64,000 bases of DNA from Octopus vulgaris (GCA_951406725.2 OX597831.1:77438001-77502000), one strand, 5' to 3'. Shown: positions 41,101 through 55,990, numbered from the stretch's first letter. Notes: generated from the letters alone by a model not told the origin. Made by a program: numbers and translations.

Positions 41101-41363
41101 AGTTTTTATATATTTTCCTTTTATTTGGGATAAATTTGGCTTACAGCTGTTTCTAGTTGTCATTATAGGTTCGATACAGATAGATTTACTCAATCAGGCT
41201 ATTGATCAAGTGAGAAAAGTTGATCGACCTAAAAACATTTTCGACTTTTCTCAACTGATCAATGGAGCATTTGCGTAAACCTATCAGTCACGAACCCATA
41301 ATTTCTACTGGAAACAACTGTTAGCCAAATTCACGCCAAAAATAGAAAAATATGTAATAACCA
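41101..41363. repeat. Imperfect ~260-bp inverted repeat (MITE-like or old fold-back)
   Basis: aatttggcttacagctgtttc...gagaaaagttga versus tcgacttttctc...gaaacaactgttagccaaatt. Confidence 0.75.
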
Positions 41364-41650
41364 TTATTTATATATTGTTTTACATATATATGTGTGTATG
41401 TGTGTGTGTGCATTTACTTATATATACATATATATATGTGCGTGTGTGTGTGCGTATATATATATGCCACAGGCGTAGCTGTGTGGTAAGAAGTTTGCTT
41501 CTCAAACTCGTAGTTTCTGGCTCAGTCCCACTTTGTGGCACCTTGGGCCAAGGGTAATGTATAATAGCCTCGGGTTGACCAAAGTCATGTGAGAGGATTT
41601 GGCTTGCGGTATATATAAATATATATATATATGCATATATACACATATAT

Positions 41651-41742
<92 letters not shown>

Positions 41743-41829
41743 TATATTATTATGTGATTGAAAGCCACGCATCCATTTCCAAGTATATATATATATATGT
41801 GTGTGTATATATATATACTCTTTAATCTC

Positions 41830-42212
41830 TTTTACTCTTGTACTTGTTTCAGTCATGTTGCCATGCTGGAGCACCGCCTTTAGTCGAGCAAATCGACCCC
41901 AGGATTTATTCTTTGTAAGCCTAGTACTTATTCTATCGGTCTCTTTTAGCGAACCGCTAAGTTACGGGGACGTAAGCACACCAGCATCTGTTGTCAAGCG
42001 ATGTTGGGGGGACAAACACAGATAATCAAACACATACATACATACATACATACATACATACACACATATGTATATATACATATATACGATGGGCTTCTTT
42101 CAGTTTCCGTCGACCAAATCCACTCACAAGGTTTTGGTCGGCTCGAGGCTATAGTAGAAGACACTTGCCCAAGGTGCCAAGCAGTGGGACTGAACCAGAC
42201 AGCCATCCTACG

Positions 42213-42215
<3 letters not shown>
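41830..42215 (-). mobile_element. SINE-B copy (a partial + strand copy also at 41470-41605)
   Basis: Standard tail and body; short deletion in the head. Confidence 0.88.
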
Positions 42216-42258
<43 letters not shown>

Positions 42259-42820
42259 TATAAATACACACCACAGATATGTGTGTTTGTGTGTGTGTTT
42301 CTTTGTTTTCTTCCTCGGCTTAAGCCGGCTTAAGAATGAAAAATAAAATGTACTGGGGTAGACTCGTTCGACATGGGATTCTTTGAGGCGGTGCCGACGC
42401 ATGACCAAAGTCTAACAACAAAAACAAACAAAACACAAAAGATAATACACACAACACAATACACACACACACGTGCAATGGGTGATTTTGTACATACATG
42501 TATGTACACGTAAGTGTGTGTATGTGCATGTGTGTGTGTGTGTGTGTGTGTGTCTGTGTCTGTGTGTGTTTGTATACAAACGTACGAATGGAAGTGTACT
42601 CGGTAAAATAAAGTCAAGGAAATATTTCCATCATCATATATGTTACGACAATTGCAAATTCAGATCTTGTGTTTCAAATCCCACTGAAGCCGCCACCCTG
42701 GTGAATTAACTAACTACAAATAAAGAGGGTGTTGCTACATTTCACTAAACCCATAAATAGAATTTGATCACTTTCAGAATACATGATACAAATACACACC
42801 ACATATATATATATACATAC

Positions 42821-42895
<75 letters not shown>

Positions 42896-43104
42896 ATGTA
42901 TGTATGTATATGTATGTATGTATGTATGTAAGCATGTGTGTGTATATATATAGGCAAATAGGTGTGTGGCCTTTAAAGACTTTGGTAAGTTCACAATCTG
43001 CGTCTATTTGAGTGTGCGCTTCTATGTAATACAATCCGAAACCGACAGAGTCTGAGATAAGTATATATATATATATATATATAATGTATATATACATATA
43101 TATA

Positions 43105-43183
<79 letters not shown>

Positions 43184-43462
43184 TTATATATACACGCAGA
43201 TGTACTTCGCAGATGAACCTCTAAGCGAAGTACTTCTGTGTGTATTACATGACTCCATCTGATATGTTTACGAATAATTTCTCCTCACCTTTACATACAT
43301 ATATATACACAAACACATAAATACGACAGACAAACACACATTCTTACACACAATCGTGCACACACACGTATACACATATGCATTTGTACGTCTGCGCATA
43401 TATATATATATATATGCATATGTATGTATATATATATATATGTATATATGTATATATTTATG

Positions 43463-43529
<67 letters not shown>

Positions 43530-43802
43530 CTAATATACTATTATTAATAAAGTTGAAATTTTAAATAAAAACCTTTTACGCTACATCACTGTGTGTAAAT
43601 TCTGTACTTGGAATGAACAATTTTAAATACCGTTGGATTTTTCTCAGAAGATATTGGAATCTTACATATATACCATTCTGCCTAAAAATGGATCTACAAA
43701 TTCAATATCCCTACGTATCTCACATCTATTTTCTTTCCTCCACCTCACTCTCTATTTTGTTACCTATCTAAACTAACTATTACTTAACCATCCTCTCACA
43801 CC

Positions 43803-43854
43803 GTTTCTGATGAAGGGATATTATTAATTAATATCCTAGAGACAGATGTAAGAC
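43803..43854 (+). ncRNA. Degenerate hammerhead motif
   Basis: gttt CTGATGA ag-ggatatta-ttaat-taatatcc-ta GAGAC agat GTA agac (GAAAC mutated to GAGAC). Confidence 0.5.
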
Positions 43855-44076
43855 CTTCTATCTATAAATGCTATAATATCTACACCGCCTTATTATTATT
43901 TTTTTTGTTATCTCATTACGCAAAAAATTCATATATATACACGCTGGCATATGACCAACGTTGAACCCTTTATTCGCAAAATCACCAAGCACGGAACTTA
44001 ACTATGGTTTGTATATGGCACTTATTCAGCATTACCTGACACATTTGGGTCTCAATGACAAAATTACCTCTTAAAA

Positions 44077-44176
<100 letters not shown>

Positions 44177-44584
44177 TCTAGTTGACAACTGTTTAATTAC
44201 CTTCTTTTATTTGCCGCCAGAAGACCAAAAGGCAGGGTGAAGAATAGAACGGAAGTGCCGGATGAAATGCTGAAAGTCATTTTATCATACGTTCTAAATA
44301 ACTCCGATAGTTAACAGCTGTAAAATGATGTAACAAAATATAGTATGGCACAATAGCATATAACATGATGTAATATAATGTAATGTAGCATATAACATGA
44401 AACAATATATCACATAGTATAAATTATCAAATAAGGGTAGGCGTGGCTGTGTTGCTTCCCAGCTAGATTATTCCGGATCCAGTCTCAGTGCAGGGCACCC
44501 TGGGCAACTGTCTTCTACTACAGTCTCGGGAGAACTAAAGCATTGTGGGTTGATTTGGTAGACGGAAACTACTGGATGCCCATG

Positions 44585-44645
<61 letters not shown>

Positions 44646-44710
44646 GGAGTAAGCATATAAATGTGAATCAAGGTGGAAAAAAGAGTACTCAAATACCAGA
44701 GGTAGAGAAA

Positions 44711-44850
44711 TATGCTTTATTTAAAAGCAGCAGACAAAAGGTGTTACTCAGACTTTCACGGTCCCGTTCGTCGGATAGTCCGACGAACGGGACCGTGAAA
44801 CTCTGAGTAACAGCTTTTGTTATATATCTGCTACTTTTAGATAAAGTATA
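44711..44850. repeat. Fold-back palindrome containing two divergent hammerhead-like cores
   Basis: ...ttcacggtcccgttcgtcgga-tag-tccgacgaacgggaccgtgaa... Confidence 0.88.
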
Positions 44851-44853
44851 AAG

Positions 44854-44889
<36 letters not shown>

Positions 44890-44934
44890 AGTTTTATCAT
44901 GGCTACCGAATAATTGTGACATATTACCTTTACA

Positions 44935-45029
<95 letters not shown>

Positions 45030-45033
<4 letters not shown>

Positions 45034-45290
45034 CAGAGAATGTCTGGTTGTCTGTCTGTGTGTTTCCGTAAAACTTGAGAACTACACAACCAATTTCATT
45101 CAAATTTCACACATGCCTTACTTAGGGTCCATGTAGTTTCATGGGCAAAAAATATTCAACTTCTTGCCTAGAGCGAGCCCATAGCAATATCATATCTTTT
45201 CCACTATTTCAGCATTACGTGTTGAAAGTGAAACAAAAGCATTTCTCTATTTTATGTCAGATACTTTCACTTAAACAATAAAAAATTAGA
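45030..45290 (+). mobile_element. Possible non-autonomous Helitron/Helentron-type 5' fragment
   Basis: tatataacagagaatgtctg-(gtct)n...caaccaatttcattcaaattt resembles the 5' architecture of such elements; from recall only. Confidence 0.35.
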
Positions 45291-45912
45291 GGTAATAATA
45301 ATAATTGAATTATATGTAGTAAGTAATAATTAAAATCAAACTAAAGTATAATATAATAATTAAATCGTAACATAACAATTGAGAGTAAAAATACCAATTG
45401 GTATAAAATTGCATCAATGACTTGAACTTGAATAAATGGTTTCACATGAATGGGAATAAATTAAAAATAAAATTAGTGTGCAGAAATGGAATAGTCCAGA
45501 TGGAGCTGCGCAAATACCGTTTACCACGGCTTTTACATTAGATTATCTGCTAATTAGCTAGCATTAAGTATCTATTTGATGTTTGGCTGTATATAATGTC
45601 TGTTTTCTCGAACAGCCGCTTCTACTGAGTACTGCTGTTGGTTTATTCTTATACTATAGCTTCAATTGCGTACTGCTTTTTGATTCACCGTAAGGTTTGT
45701 TGTTATTATTATTACTGTTTAACTATTGTTATCACGTTTGTTGGTTCCTCGTAAGGGAAACGTTATTGTGTTGCATTTGTTAAATAATTGTAAACTGCAA
45801 CCCTCCCCCTTTGGGAGAAGGAGCTTTGGTTATTGCTTAAAAATTGAATTGTGTCCTTGTTTGGGGAAATTAACAATATTTTCACCGTTTACACGGAAGC
45901 ATTTTTGTTAGA

Positions 45913-46445
45913 ATGCCTTCGATGGAAGAAAGTCCAAAAATGAATTTTGCTGCAGCCGTCGGCGGGCGCGAACTCATTAAAATTAAAATGGAAGAAATAC
46001 AAACCTATTTCGGATTGATCACCGACAAAAACGGTGAATCTAGGATAACACCACCAAACGAAATAAAAAATTAAATTAAAGAAAAGACTATTGTCTATAA
46101 AGTATACAATGTACAAAAAAAAAAAAGATTTGAACACCTGGAGGAAAGCACCATCGAAAAGTGCCTTGGTGCGACTATGAAAGATATCAAGTATCTAACC
46201 AGAGGCGGTAAGTTCGCCACAATAGAAGCAAGGTTCGAGTCAACGGAGCGTGCAAGGGAGTACACGACTCGAACCTTGCAAAGTGGAAATATTTTCTTTT
46301 TACCTTTATATCTGGGACGAAGGACGTCCCGGATAAAAATTAAAAATGTCCCCCCAGAAGTAGAGGTAGGCTGGATTGTAGCCACACTTCTATACAAGAG
46401 GAAGGACAAGATACTATTGATCAAAATTGCAAGAGACGGGCCTAC
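45913..46445 (+). pseudogene. N-terminal ORF1 (RRM-like) fragment homologous to the 34760-36022 ORF1
   Basis: MPSMEESPKMNFAAAVGG...*IKEKTIVYKVY...YLTRGGKFATIEARFES...FLPLYLGRRTSRIKIKNVPP...W; one stop at 46072-46074. Confidence 0.75.
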
Positions 46446-46588
46446 AATTCCAGTCTGTTATATATTTTGAGTATTGTTATCACTAGCGATATCAAGATAT
46501 AACTTTGTATTTTGTATTTTATGTGTAGATGTATATATATAGATGTACATGTAATATGTACACATATAGATACACATATATACATGCA

Positions 46589-46620
46589 CTAGCACTATGA
46601 CCCGGCCACGACGGGTCATA
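46589..46620 (-). other. Isolated Helitron-type 3' terminus (hairpin + CTAG)
   Basis: Minus strand tatgacccg-tcgtggc-cgggtcata gtg CTAG|t. Confidence 0.45.
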
Positions 46621-47341
46621 ATGGTAGCATATATATAAATGTACATACGCGTGTATGAATGTGTGTGTGTATGTATGTGTGCGTGTGCGTTATGTGCCTG
46701 AGCTTTACTGGGTGACTCAAAGGCAGAAAGTTCATGCATCGGTCTTAATCACTTTTGGCTCTTGATTCATTCTGTTAGTGTGTGTTTACGTCCACGTAAC
46801 TTAGCAGTTCGATAAACTAAAACCAATAGGATAAGTATCAGGCTTTAAATAAAACATTACTGGTGTGGATTCGTTCGACTAAAAGTTCTTCAAGGCGGTG
46901 CCCCAGCATGGCCACAGACTGATGAATGCAATAAGTAAAACGATAAAGAGATAAAAAATAATGTAATACAATAGAAAACGGCATGATATAATATATAAAA
47001 TATGGACACAATATGAAATGATATGCAATAATATTCGATGTAATGTAATATGATATAATGTATAATGATATACACACGTCTGTAACTGTGTGTGTATGTA
47101 TGTATTATTTCATATGGTTGTGTGGTAAGAAGCTTGTTTCCCAACCACATGGTTTCGGGTTCAGTCCCACTGCATAGCAGCTTGGGTTTCTGACTCCTGC
47201 TATAACCTCGGGCCGACCAAAGCTTTTTGTGAGTGGACTTGGTAGGCAGAAACTGAAAGAAGCCCGTCATATATATATGTATTTATATATATGTATATAT
47301 ATATATGCACATACATACATACATACACACTTACATATATC

Positions 47342-47403
<62 letters not shown>

Positions 47404-47479
47404 GAGATATACTTGCATAGCAAGTGATTTGATCTGAGATCGTGTGCTGAAACGAAAACAATTGTTTTCGCTGCAATTG

Positions 47480-47544
<65 letters not shown>

Positions 47545-47545
<1 letters not shown>

Positions 47546-47794
47546 TGGTTGTATACTGTCAACTTAACGTGACAGTCCCATAAGGGGATTACACCACCGC
47601 TATTTAGCCCTAGGAAGCATCGACGCTTTCTGTCGGCCTTGACAAATTTCCTGTGTCCTTATATATTTACGAAGAGGACACAAACACTCCCAACAGCTAC
47701 GCCTGCATCTAGAGACATGCATGTTTCTGGGTCTTGCCCATCATCAGTCTAGAGTAGCAAGGCCTGCTAGCCGAATTTATTTGTCTAGACTTCG

Positions 47795-47795
<1 letters not shown>
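47545..47795 (-). mobile_element. Solo ~250-bp hammerhead-bearing repeat (PLE terminal-repeat type) between microsatellites
   Basis: Homologous to 53243-53490 (tggttgtatactgtcaa...tacaccaccgctat.tagccctagga.gcatcg). Confidence 0.75.
47708..47753 (-). ncRNA. Canonical minimal type-I hammerhead ribozyme
   Basis: tctaga CTGATGA tggg-caaga-ccca GAAAC atgcat GTC tctaga: full core, GUC cleavage triplet, palindromic stem III. Confidence 0.85.
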
Positions 47796-47873
<78 letters not shown>

Positions 47874-49512
47874 AGCGTTGGATAAACCTGTGGCTTCGGC
47901 TTATGGTAGGTAAATATTGAATACGATTCTCCGGTTGTGTATACAGAGAAAACCCACCCTATGCGTATTTAGCGCCTAGTTGCTGGTCCAAAGCGCGCAT
48001 TACGTCGAATTGTACATTGTTTGATAAGTCTATGCTGTCCGACAAGTCGTAAGTCTCCTGGGTCTATTACAATCAAATGAAGAGTAACAGGCAACGGATA
48101 ATCGTCATTACATCTGTTTCTTACGCATTTTTAAAAATAGAAGAATGAGAACATTATTTCATTACAAAATAACCGTAATCATTTGATGAAGCGTAATTTT
48201 ACAAACAAAAGAAGATCCCAAAAACAATAGGCATGTGGCTGAAATCTATCGGGATTTGGGATTTGCGGAGAGTCAAAGTTGGTAACAAAAACAAGGCAGT
48301 GGAGACATATAGGGAAACCGAACGGAAAAAGACATGGAGAGTCGTTCGACCAGACGAAAGTAAAATAGCGAACACTGGAGAAATATTCTCTTTAACAAGA
48401 GAAGAGATAGAAGAGACAGATAGGGTACGTGCAGTCTCTAAGACAGCCGTGAAGGAAAAGAAAGATCATCACGTGAGGAAAAGAAAGATGGACGATGGTC
48501 ACGTGTGAGCAACGAGAGAGAGTGTGTGTAAAGGAGAAAAACGGAGAGAGAGAGACAAACAGACAGAAAGTAAACGGTGAAGGGGGAAAACGCAATTCGA
48601 GAAAGGAGGAGAGATAAAGCGATAGGGGGAGAAAACAGTATAGCTATTTTGTTAAAATTAAAATGATTTCTTCGTATCCAATAATATATTTTTAAGACCA
48701 AGACCAATATATATGCATAGGTGAGCAAGCAACAGGTGGTAACGCTTAATGACAGGAACACAAGTCTACCAAGATTTAAAATGTGATATTTACCCGGCAG
48801 CTGACATTTTTTCAGAGATTTTAGAAGGTTAACACTGGAAGATGACGGCTGAGACACAGTGAATTATAATAACATTCCTCAATCACTATACATCCGACCC
48901 ATAACAGGGCCCACTAATGATCCCACCTTTGAAAGATCTGGGAATATATGACATGTTTGAACAGTTAGCTGACCTTTAATAACGAACCATTAATGTAGTA
49001 ACTGGCGGTGCTTTGATGCCTACAACATTTCCTTTTAAATCATCAACTTTTACAGGTTGACACCGACAACATTTACGTCAACATCTCAATCCAAAATATT
49101 AACCCTACAGGAGGTTCAAGGCAGTAATATCATTCTTTGTAATTCTGAAACTAAACCTAAAAGCGCAAAGCTTAAAGTCTATTCACATTATCTAAAACAT
49201 AAGAGAAGCTTCCAGAACACGTGAAACAAATTTTTAAAAGATTCAGTCTCGAAGTGGATACAGCTATACTCACAAAATTGCATCAACGCTGCGTGAGGTG
49301 TGACATGCGCATTGCGTTTATATTCCTCTCCTCCGTTTTACGAATCCCGTGTACGCATGCGCGTTACTTGTTCATATTTCTCATTTCGATTTCTACTCAA
49401 GACTGTTTACAAGTCACAACCATCTCACCGTCCTGCGGTCGTGAGAAGCGCTTCGCGCTCCGATGGTGGTGAAATGACGTACTTTTTAGCACAACATATT
49501 AGACATGCTAAT

Positions 49513-49605
<93 letters not shown>

Positions 49606-49944
49606 CATAGGGTAGACCATTGTCACGCATCGAAACGTTTGACATTTTATTCATGAGGTACAAATACGTGCGTATTAATTATTATTCTATTTATTTTAGT
49701 TTAGTCAAGTTTTGAAAACTTGAAGCATGTCTTTGACAATTTCGAGCGTATTGGACTTATTTTGGGCGTGATTCTTTGATTGATTCTTTGGTTGGTTTAT
49801 TTAAGGTCCATTCCACTAGTCTGATCAATGCGCAAAAAATAAACGTTTTTAGTGGTTCTCAACCATTTATTTTTTATCTAGGAACCATTTCATTCTATTT
49901 TACGCGGGTAGACCCGCATAGTCGTTCGTTGACTTAGAAAAATC

Positions 49945-50300
49945 TCAGTGGTTGCGTAGTAAGAAGCTTGCTTGCCAACCATATGGTTCCGAGTTCAGTC
50001 CCACTGTGTGGCACCTTGGGCAAGTGTCTTTTTTTATAATCTCAGGCCGACCAAAGCCTTGTGAATGGATTTGGTAGACGGAAACTGAAAGAAACCCGTC
50101 ATATATATACATGTAATTGTGTGTCTGTGTTTGTCCTCCCACATATTGGTGTGTTTACGTCCCCGCAGCGGTTCGGCAATAAAAGACCGATAGAATAATT
50201 ACTAGTCTTACAAAGAATAAGTCTTGGAATCAATTTGTTCGACTAAAGGCGCTACTCCAGCATGGTCGCAGTCAAATGGCTGAAACAAGTAAAAGAATAA
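49945..50300 (+). mobile_element. SINE-B copy
   Basis: Colinear with other copies. Confidence 0.88.
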
Positions 50301-50688
50301 AACAATATAAGAATTGTATTTTTGTAATTCAATATTTTAAGAAATTGTATGAAAAACATTGTTGAAATATTTCGTGCATTGTATCAATAGAAAATTAGCC
50401 ATGGAATCCCCTTTAAGGGGATTCCCTTTAAGGGTCATAAAGGGCACCAAATGGAAACCATTAGTCAAATCGAGCAAAGCAACCCAAGAAATATTTTCTT
50501 TAAATCTTCTACTTAAACGATCGACTTTTTTTTTCAAGGGGAAATATAAAAACACCGATTGTCAAATGGGCGGAGGTAGGGGACATACACAAAGACAACC
50601 CCGCAAACTCCTTGACACGCATCCCTCCGCGCGCGCTCGCGCGCACACAGATACCCGCACATATACATACATATACACATACAAACAC

Positions 50689-50689
<1 letters not shown>

Positions 50690-50719
<30 letters not shown>

Positions 50720-51643
50720 TGGATGGATGGATGGATGGATGGATGGATGGATGGATGGATGGATGGATGGATGGATGGATGCATACCAGGTATTTTATCC
50801 AGTTAGAGTCTACTAAACCCACTCAGAAGGCTTTTGTCAGCCCCGGGTTAAAGTAGAAGATACCCAAAGTATCATACAGTGGGGCTGAACGCGGAATCAT
50901 TTGGTTGGGAAGCGAGCTTCTTACACCACAACCAGGCCACATGCACATACATACAAACATACATACATACATACATGAAAACTACATACATACATACATA
51001 CATTCATGCATACATACATACATTCATGCATACATACATACATGAAATCATACATACATAGGTGCATGCATGCATACATACATACATGCATACATACATA
51101 CATGTATACATACATACATGCTTACATGCATACATACGTGCATTCATATATACATTCATACATGCATACATACATACATACATCCATATATATCCATAGA
51201 TAGATAGATAGATAGATACATAGATACATAGATACATGCATACATACATGCATACATGCATACATACATCCATCCATCCATCCATACATACATACATGTA
51301 TACATACATACATGCTTACATGCATACATACATGCATTCATACATACATTCATACATACATACATACATACATTCATACATCCATCCATACATACATACA
51401 TACATACATTCATACATCCATCCATACATACATACATACATACATACATACATACATACAAACATACATACATACATCCATACATACATACCTTGTTGAT
51501 GTTGAAATTCCAGTGAAGGCGTTCTCATCTTGTTTAGGATTCGGCTTTTCTCTATTGGCAAGAATTCTTGAAATAAAACTCAATAATAACGTACACACAC
51601 ATATAAACGTGTTTGTGTGTATCTATCTATCTATCTATTTGTC

Positions 51644-51689
<46 letters not shown>

Positions 51690-51733
51690 CATACATACAT
51701 ACATACATATACATATATATACGTTTATATGTC

Positions 51734-51787
<54 letters not shown>

Positions 51788-51809
51788 GACATATAAACGT
51801 GTATGTGTG

Positions 51810-51863
<54 letters not shown>

Positions 51864-52273
51864 GCATATATGCGCGCACACTCACACACACACACAGACA
51901 TATATATATGCGTCCATTTTACCAGTATAGCCAGTTGTGTGTGACCATATTGGGGCACTTTTATCAACACAAATTCTACGTAATAGCATGTATACACATA
52001 TTCGAGTTTGTGTGTGTGTGTGTGTGCGCGCTCACGCATTTGTGTTTGTGTGTGTGTGTAAACGTGTGTGTGAATATGGACACTTCTATAACCATATTAT
52101 GTGTATATGCATACACACACCAGAGTATATATGTGTGTGTGTATATATGTGCATGTTTGTGTGCCAATCTTAATTTAGGTTTATATGTGTGTGAGTGGTT
52201 TTATGCATTGAGCAAGTGTGTCACTGGAATAATCTCTATTTATCAAATGATGACATAAGATTGTGTGTGTGTA

Positions 52274-52350
<77 letters not shown>
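50690..52350. repeat. (ATGG)n, (CATA)n, (TA)n and (TG)n microsatellite field with a SINE-B fragment at 50790-50945
   Basis: Directly visible. Confidence 0.85.
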
Positions 52351-53087
52351 ACACTGACCTGCATTATGGAGAGCAGCACTGTCTTATTTGTACATGGCAT
52401 GGGGAGAGGGGTCCCATTAATTTTTCACACAGCGTGTGAATGTATCGCTTGCTGTGTGATTATATTGCAATCAGCGCCACATAGAGACGTACACACGGAG
52501 AAAGAAGAAAGAAAGAAAGAAAGAAAGAAAGAATGAGGAGGGGGAACGAGAGAGAGAGAGAGAAGATGGAGGAAAAGAGATAGAGAAAGGAAAAGAAGAA
52601 AGAGGAAGTGTTACGCATGTTCGCAAATGCAAACCCATCCACTTATAATGTATTTATCTACATGTGCTTTAATGATATTCGCCACATATGTATACATAAT
52701 ACACATATACACATATACACAAAACGTGTATATATACATACATATATATATATATATATATACATTTGAGAAAGAGACGAGGTAAGGCATGTCTATATAC
52801 ACACACATACAGACACACACACATATGTATGTATGTATATGTATGTATATGTATGTATATATGCGTGTATGTGTGTATGTATGTATGTATGTATGTATGT
52901 ATGTGTGTGTGTATGTAGGTATGTATGTATGTAGCAATGTTTGTCTTTATGTTGAGTGATGATAAAAAAACAGCATAAAATTGTACAAGATTCTTGTTAA
53001 GGAGCAGTAATACTAACCAAGAAGACTGATATTGTTAGTGACATCGAAGTTTTGGCCAGCTAGACCTTTATCTGACAGTCCCCTACA

Positions 53088-53185
<98 letters not shown>

Positions 53186-53407
53186 AGAAATATTGAACTT
53201 CTAAATCTCTCGTAGAGACATGTACGGTGGTGGGGCGATAGAATGGTTGTATACTGTCAATCTAACAAGAACGTGACAGTAGGGGGTACACCACCGCTAT
53301 ATAGCCCTAGGAGGCATCGAACGACTCCTGATGGCTTTGACACATTTTCCCTGTCCTTATATACATATACGAAGGGAAGACAAACACCCCCGGCTGCCGA
53401 AACTGCA

Positions 53408-53452
53408 TCTAGGGACACGTGTTTCAGGATCGTTGTCCTTCATCGTCCTAGA
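53408..53452 (-). ncRNA. Hammerhead-like motif, paralogue of 47708-47753, core mutated to ACGAUGA
   Basis: tctagg ACGATGA agga-caacga-tcct GAAAC acgt GTC cctaga. Confidence 0.7.
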
Positions 53453-53547
53453 GTAGCAGACACCGGTCAACCGGTGATATTTGTATATATAAGTAAATAA
53501 ATGGTGTTGAACAAAAGATAATTTATCATCCAGTTAAATATATATAT

Positions 53548-53960
<413 letters not shown>

Positions 53961-53963
53961 TGA

Positions 53964-54078
<115 letters not shown>

Positions 54079-55574
54079 CATACACAGACACACACACACA
54101 TACATACAGATATATATATATGTTTGCGTGCATCACCAAGTGTATATATACCCATTCTCATATGTATGCGTATAAACGTATGCATTAAGTAGCATCGTCT
54201 CGTGTGTATTCTGTCTCGCGTACACCAATGAATCCACTCTCAAGGCTATGGTCGGCCCGAGGCTATAGTAGACGACACTTGCCTGTGGTGCCATGCAGAG
54301 AGACTGAACCCGGAACCATATGGTTGCGAAGCAAGTTTCTTACCACACAGACACTCCTTGATGCAACGACAAAGATATTTATGCTCGCTTTAATGCGTTC
54401 CAGTACACTAAAATGAAAGGCATCCGCTGCGGGATTTTGTCTCGACGTAAAAGTTTTTCATTGAGCAATTTGCTGTCCTTTGGTTTTTCTGCCAGCTCTT
54501 TACCTTTCCAAATTTTACTTTTCATTGTTGCGGTGATCGATAATAACATACAACTGAAGGGGGTCGATGTTACCGACTATACCGACTCCTTAATTTTCTG
54601 TCCTTGTGCTGATATTAGATGTATTTCGTTACACCGATGGCTATACTGTTAAAGCTCCATAATCTGAGGCGTGATTCAACGAACTTTGGACAAACTATTC
54701 TGTCTCAGAACTCAACGAGTTGGTCATCAGATATCTGGGTTTTCGTTATCTAATGAATCGTTATATCGTTTTTTTTCTTTCTTTCACACAAATCCTAAGT
54801 GATTTCATCTGTTTGTTGAAATTCAAACAACGACAGCGTGGAAGGCACATATTAGCCATACAAAAACACACAGAAACTGCTAATTTCGCTCCACTACCTC
54901 AAAGCAGTGAAATCGCGGTCGTTATCAGATCGCAGATGGGGCAACGAAGATCTTCACACCAAATGGCAAACGTTTAAATTAATAGTCTTTGTGTATTTCT
55001 GAATGGCTGATATGTGTCTTCCACGCTACAAATCCGTTATAATTTGAGCAAAATTTAGCTACTATATGTATATTGGTTGTCCTGGTAACGTTTTACTGCT
55101 GCCATGACAACCAACGTTATTTCTTCTTTAAGTATAAATTTGAAAGTTGAGTTGAAATGTCAAGGAGGAATATATAAATAGCATGTGTAACACTTCCCTA
55201 GTTATGCTACCGTCTGCAGAGCCTGATTTGGTCGAGTCGGTGTAGTCTGAGCCTGCAGCTTTGAATTAGCAAAATGTAAAATCAGACATACTCCAACTGT
55301 GACGTCCTCATTTTTTTTAAAAGATGCTCGGTTGTGATTTAAATGCAATGAGGTTACCATTTCATATAACCAAATGCATGAGATTTCCTTAATTATATTA
55401 GCACCGACACTGCCTGATTTGATTGTTTCGTTATGGTTTGATTCAGGTCAGCTTTGATTCAATAAACATCGAATCAAAAGCGCTCCAGCCCTGCCCACCT
55501 TGTCTTTTCTAAAACATCATGTTGTGATTTGAGGAAAATATGGTTTCTTGTTGGTATCGAATGTAACCAACATA

Positions 55575-55990
55575 TATTCTTTATTTTCTTTTAATCTTTT
55601 ACTGGTTTCAGTCATTTGACTGCAGCTATGCTGGAGCACCGCCTTTAGTCGAGCAAATCGATCCCGGGACTTATTCTTTGTAAGCCCAGTACTTATTCTA
55701 TCGGTCTTTTTTGCCGAACCGCTAAGTGACGGGGACGTAAACACACCAGCATCGATTGTCAAGCAATGCTAGGGGGACAATCACAGACACACAAACACAC
55801 ACACACATACATATATATACATATATACGACGGGCTTCTTTCAGTTTCCGCCTACCAAATCCACTCACAAGGCATTGGTCGACCCGGGGCTATAGCAGAA
55901 GACACTTGCCCAAGATGCCACGCAGTGGGACTGAACCCGGAACCATGTGATTGGTTAGCAAGCTACTTACCACACAGCCACTCCTGCACC
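55575..55990 (-). mobile_element. SINE-B, full length, empty target site (single agctactt at 55961-55968)
   Basis: Close to the apparent consensus. Confidence 0.93.

Noticed and set aside
45030-46620. One Helitron capturing the ORF1 fragment at 45913-46445
   Set aside because: The candidate 5' end is on + and the hairpin-CTAG 3' end is on -, so they cannot bound the same element.
48233-49656. Short ORFs in unique-looking sequence
   Set aside because: No recognisable motifs or coherent splice structure; probably non-coding or very old transposon debris.
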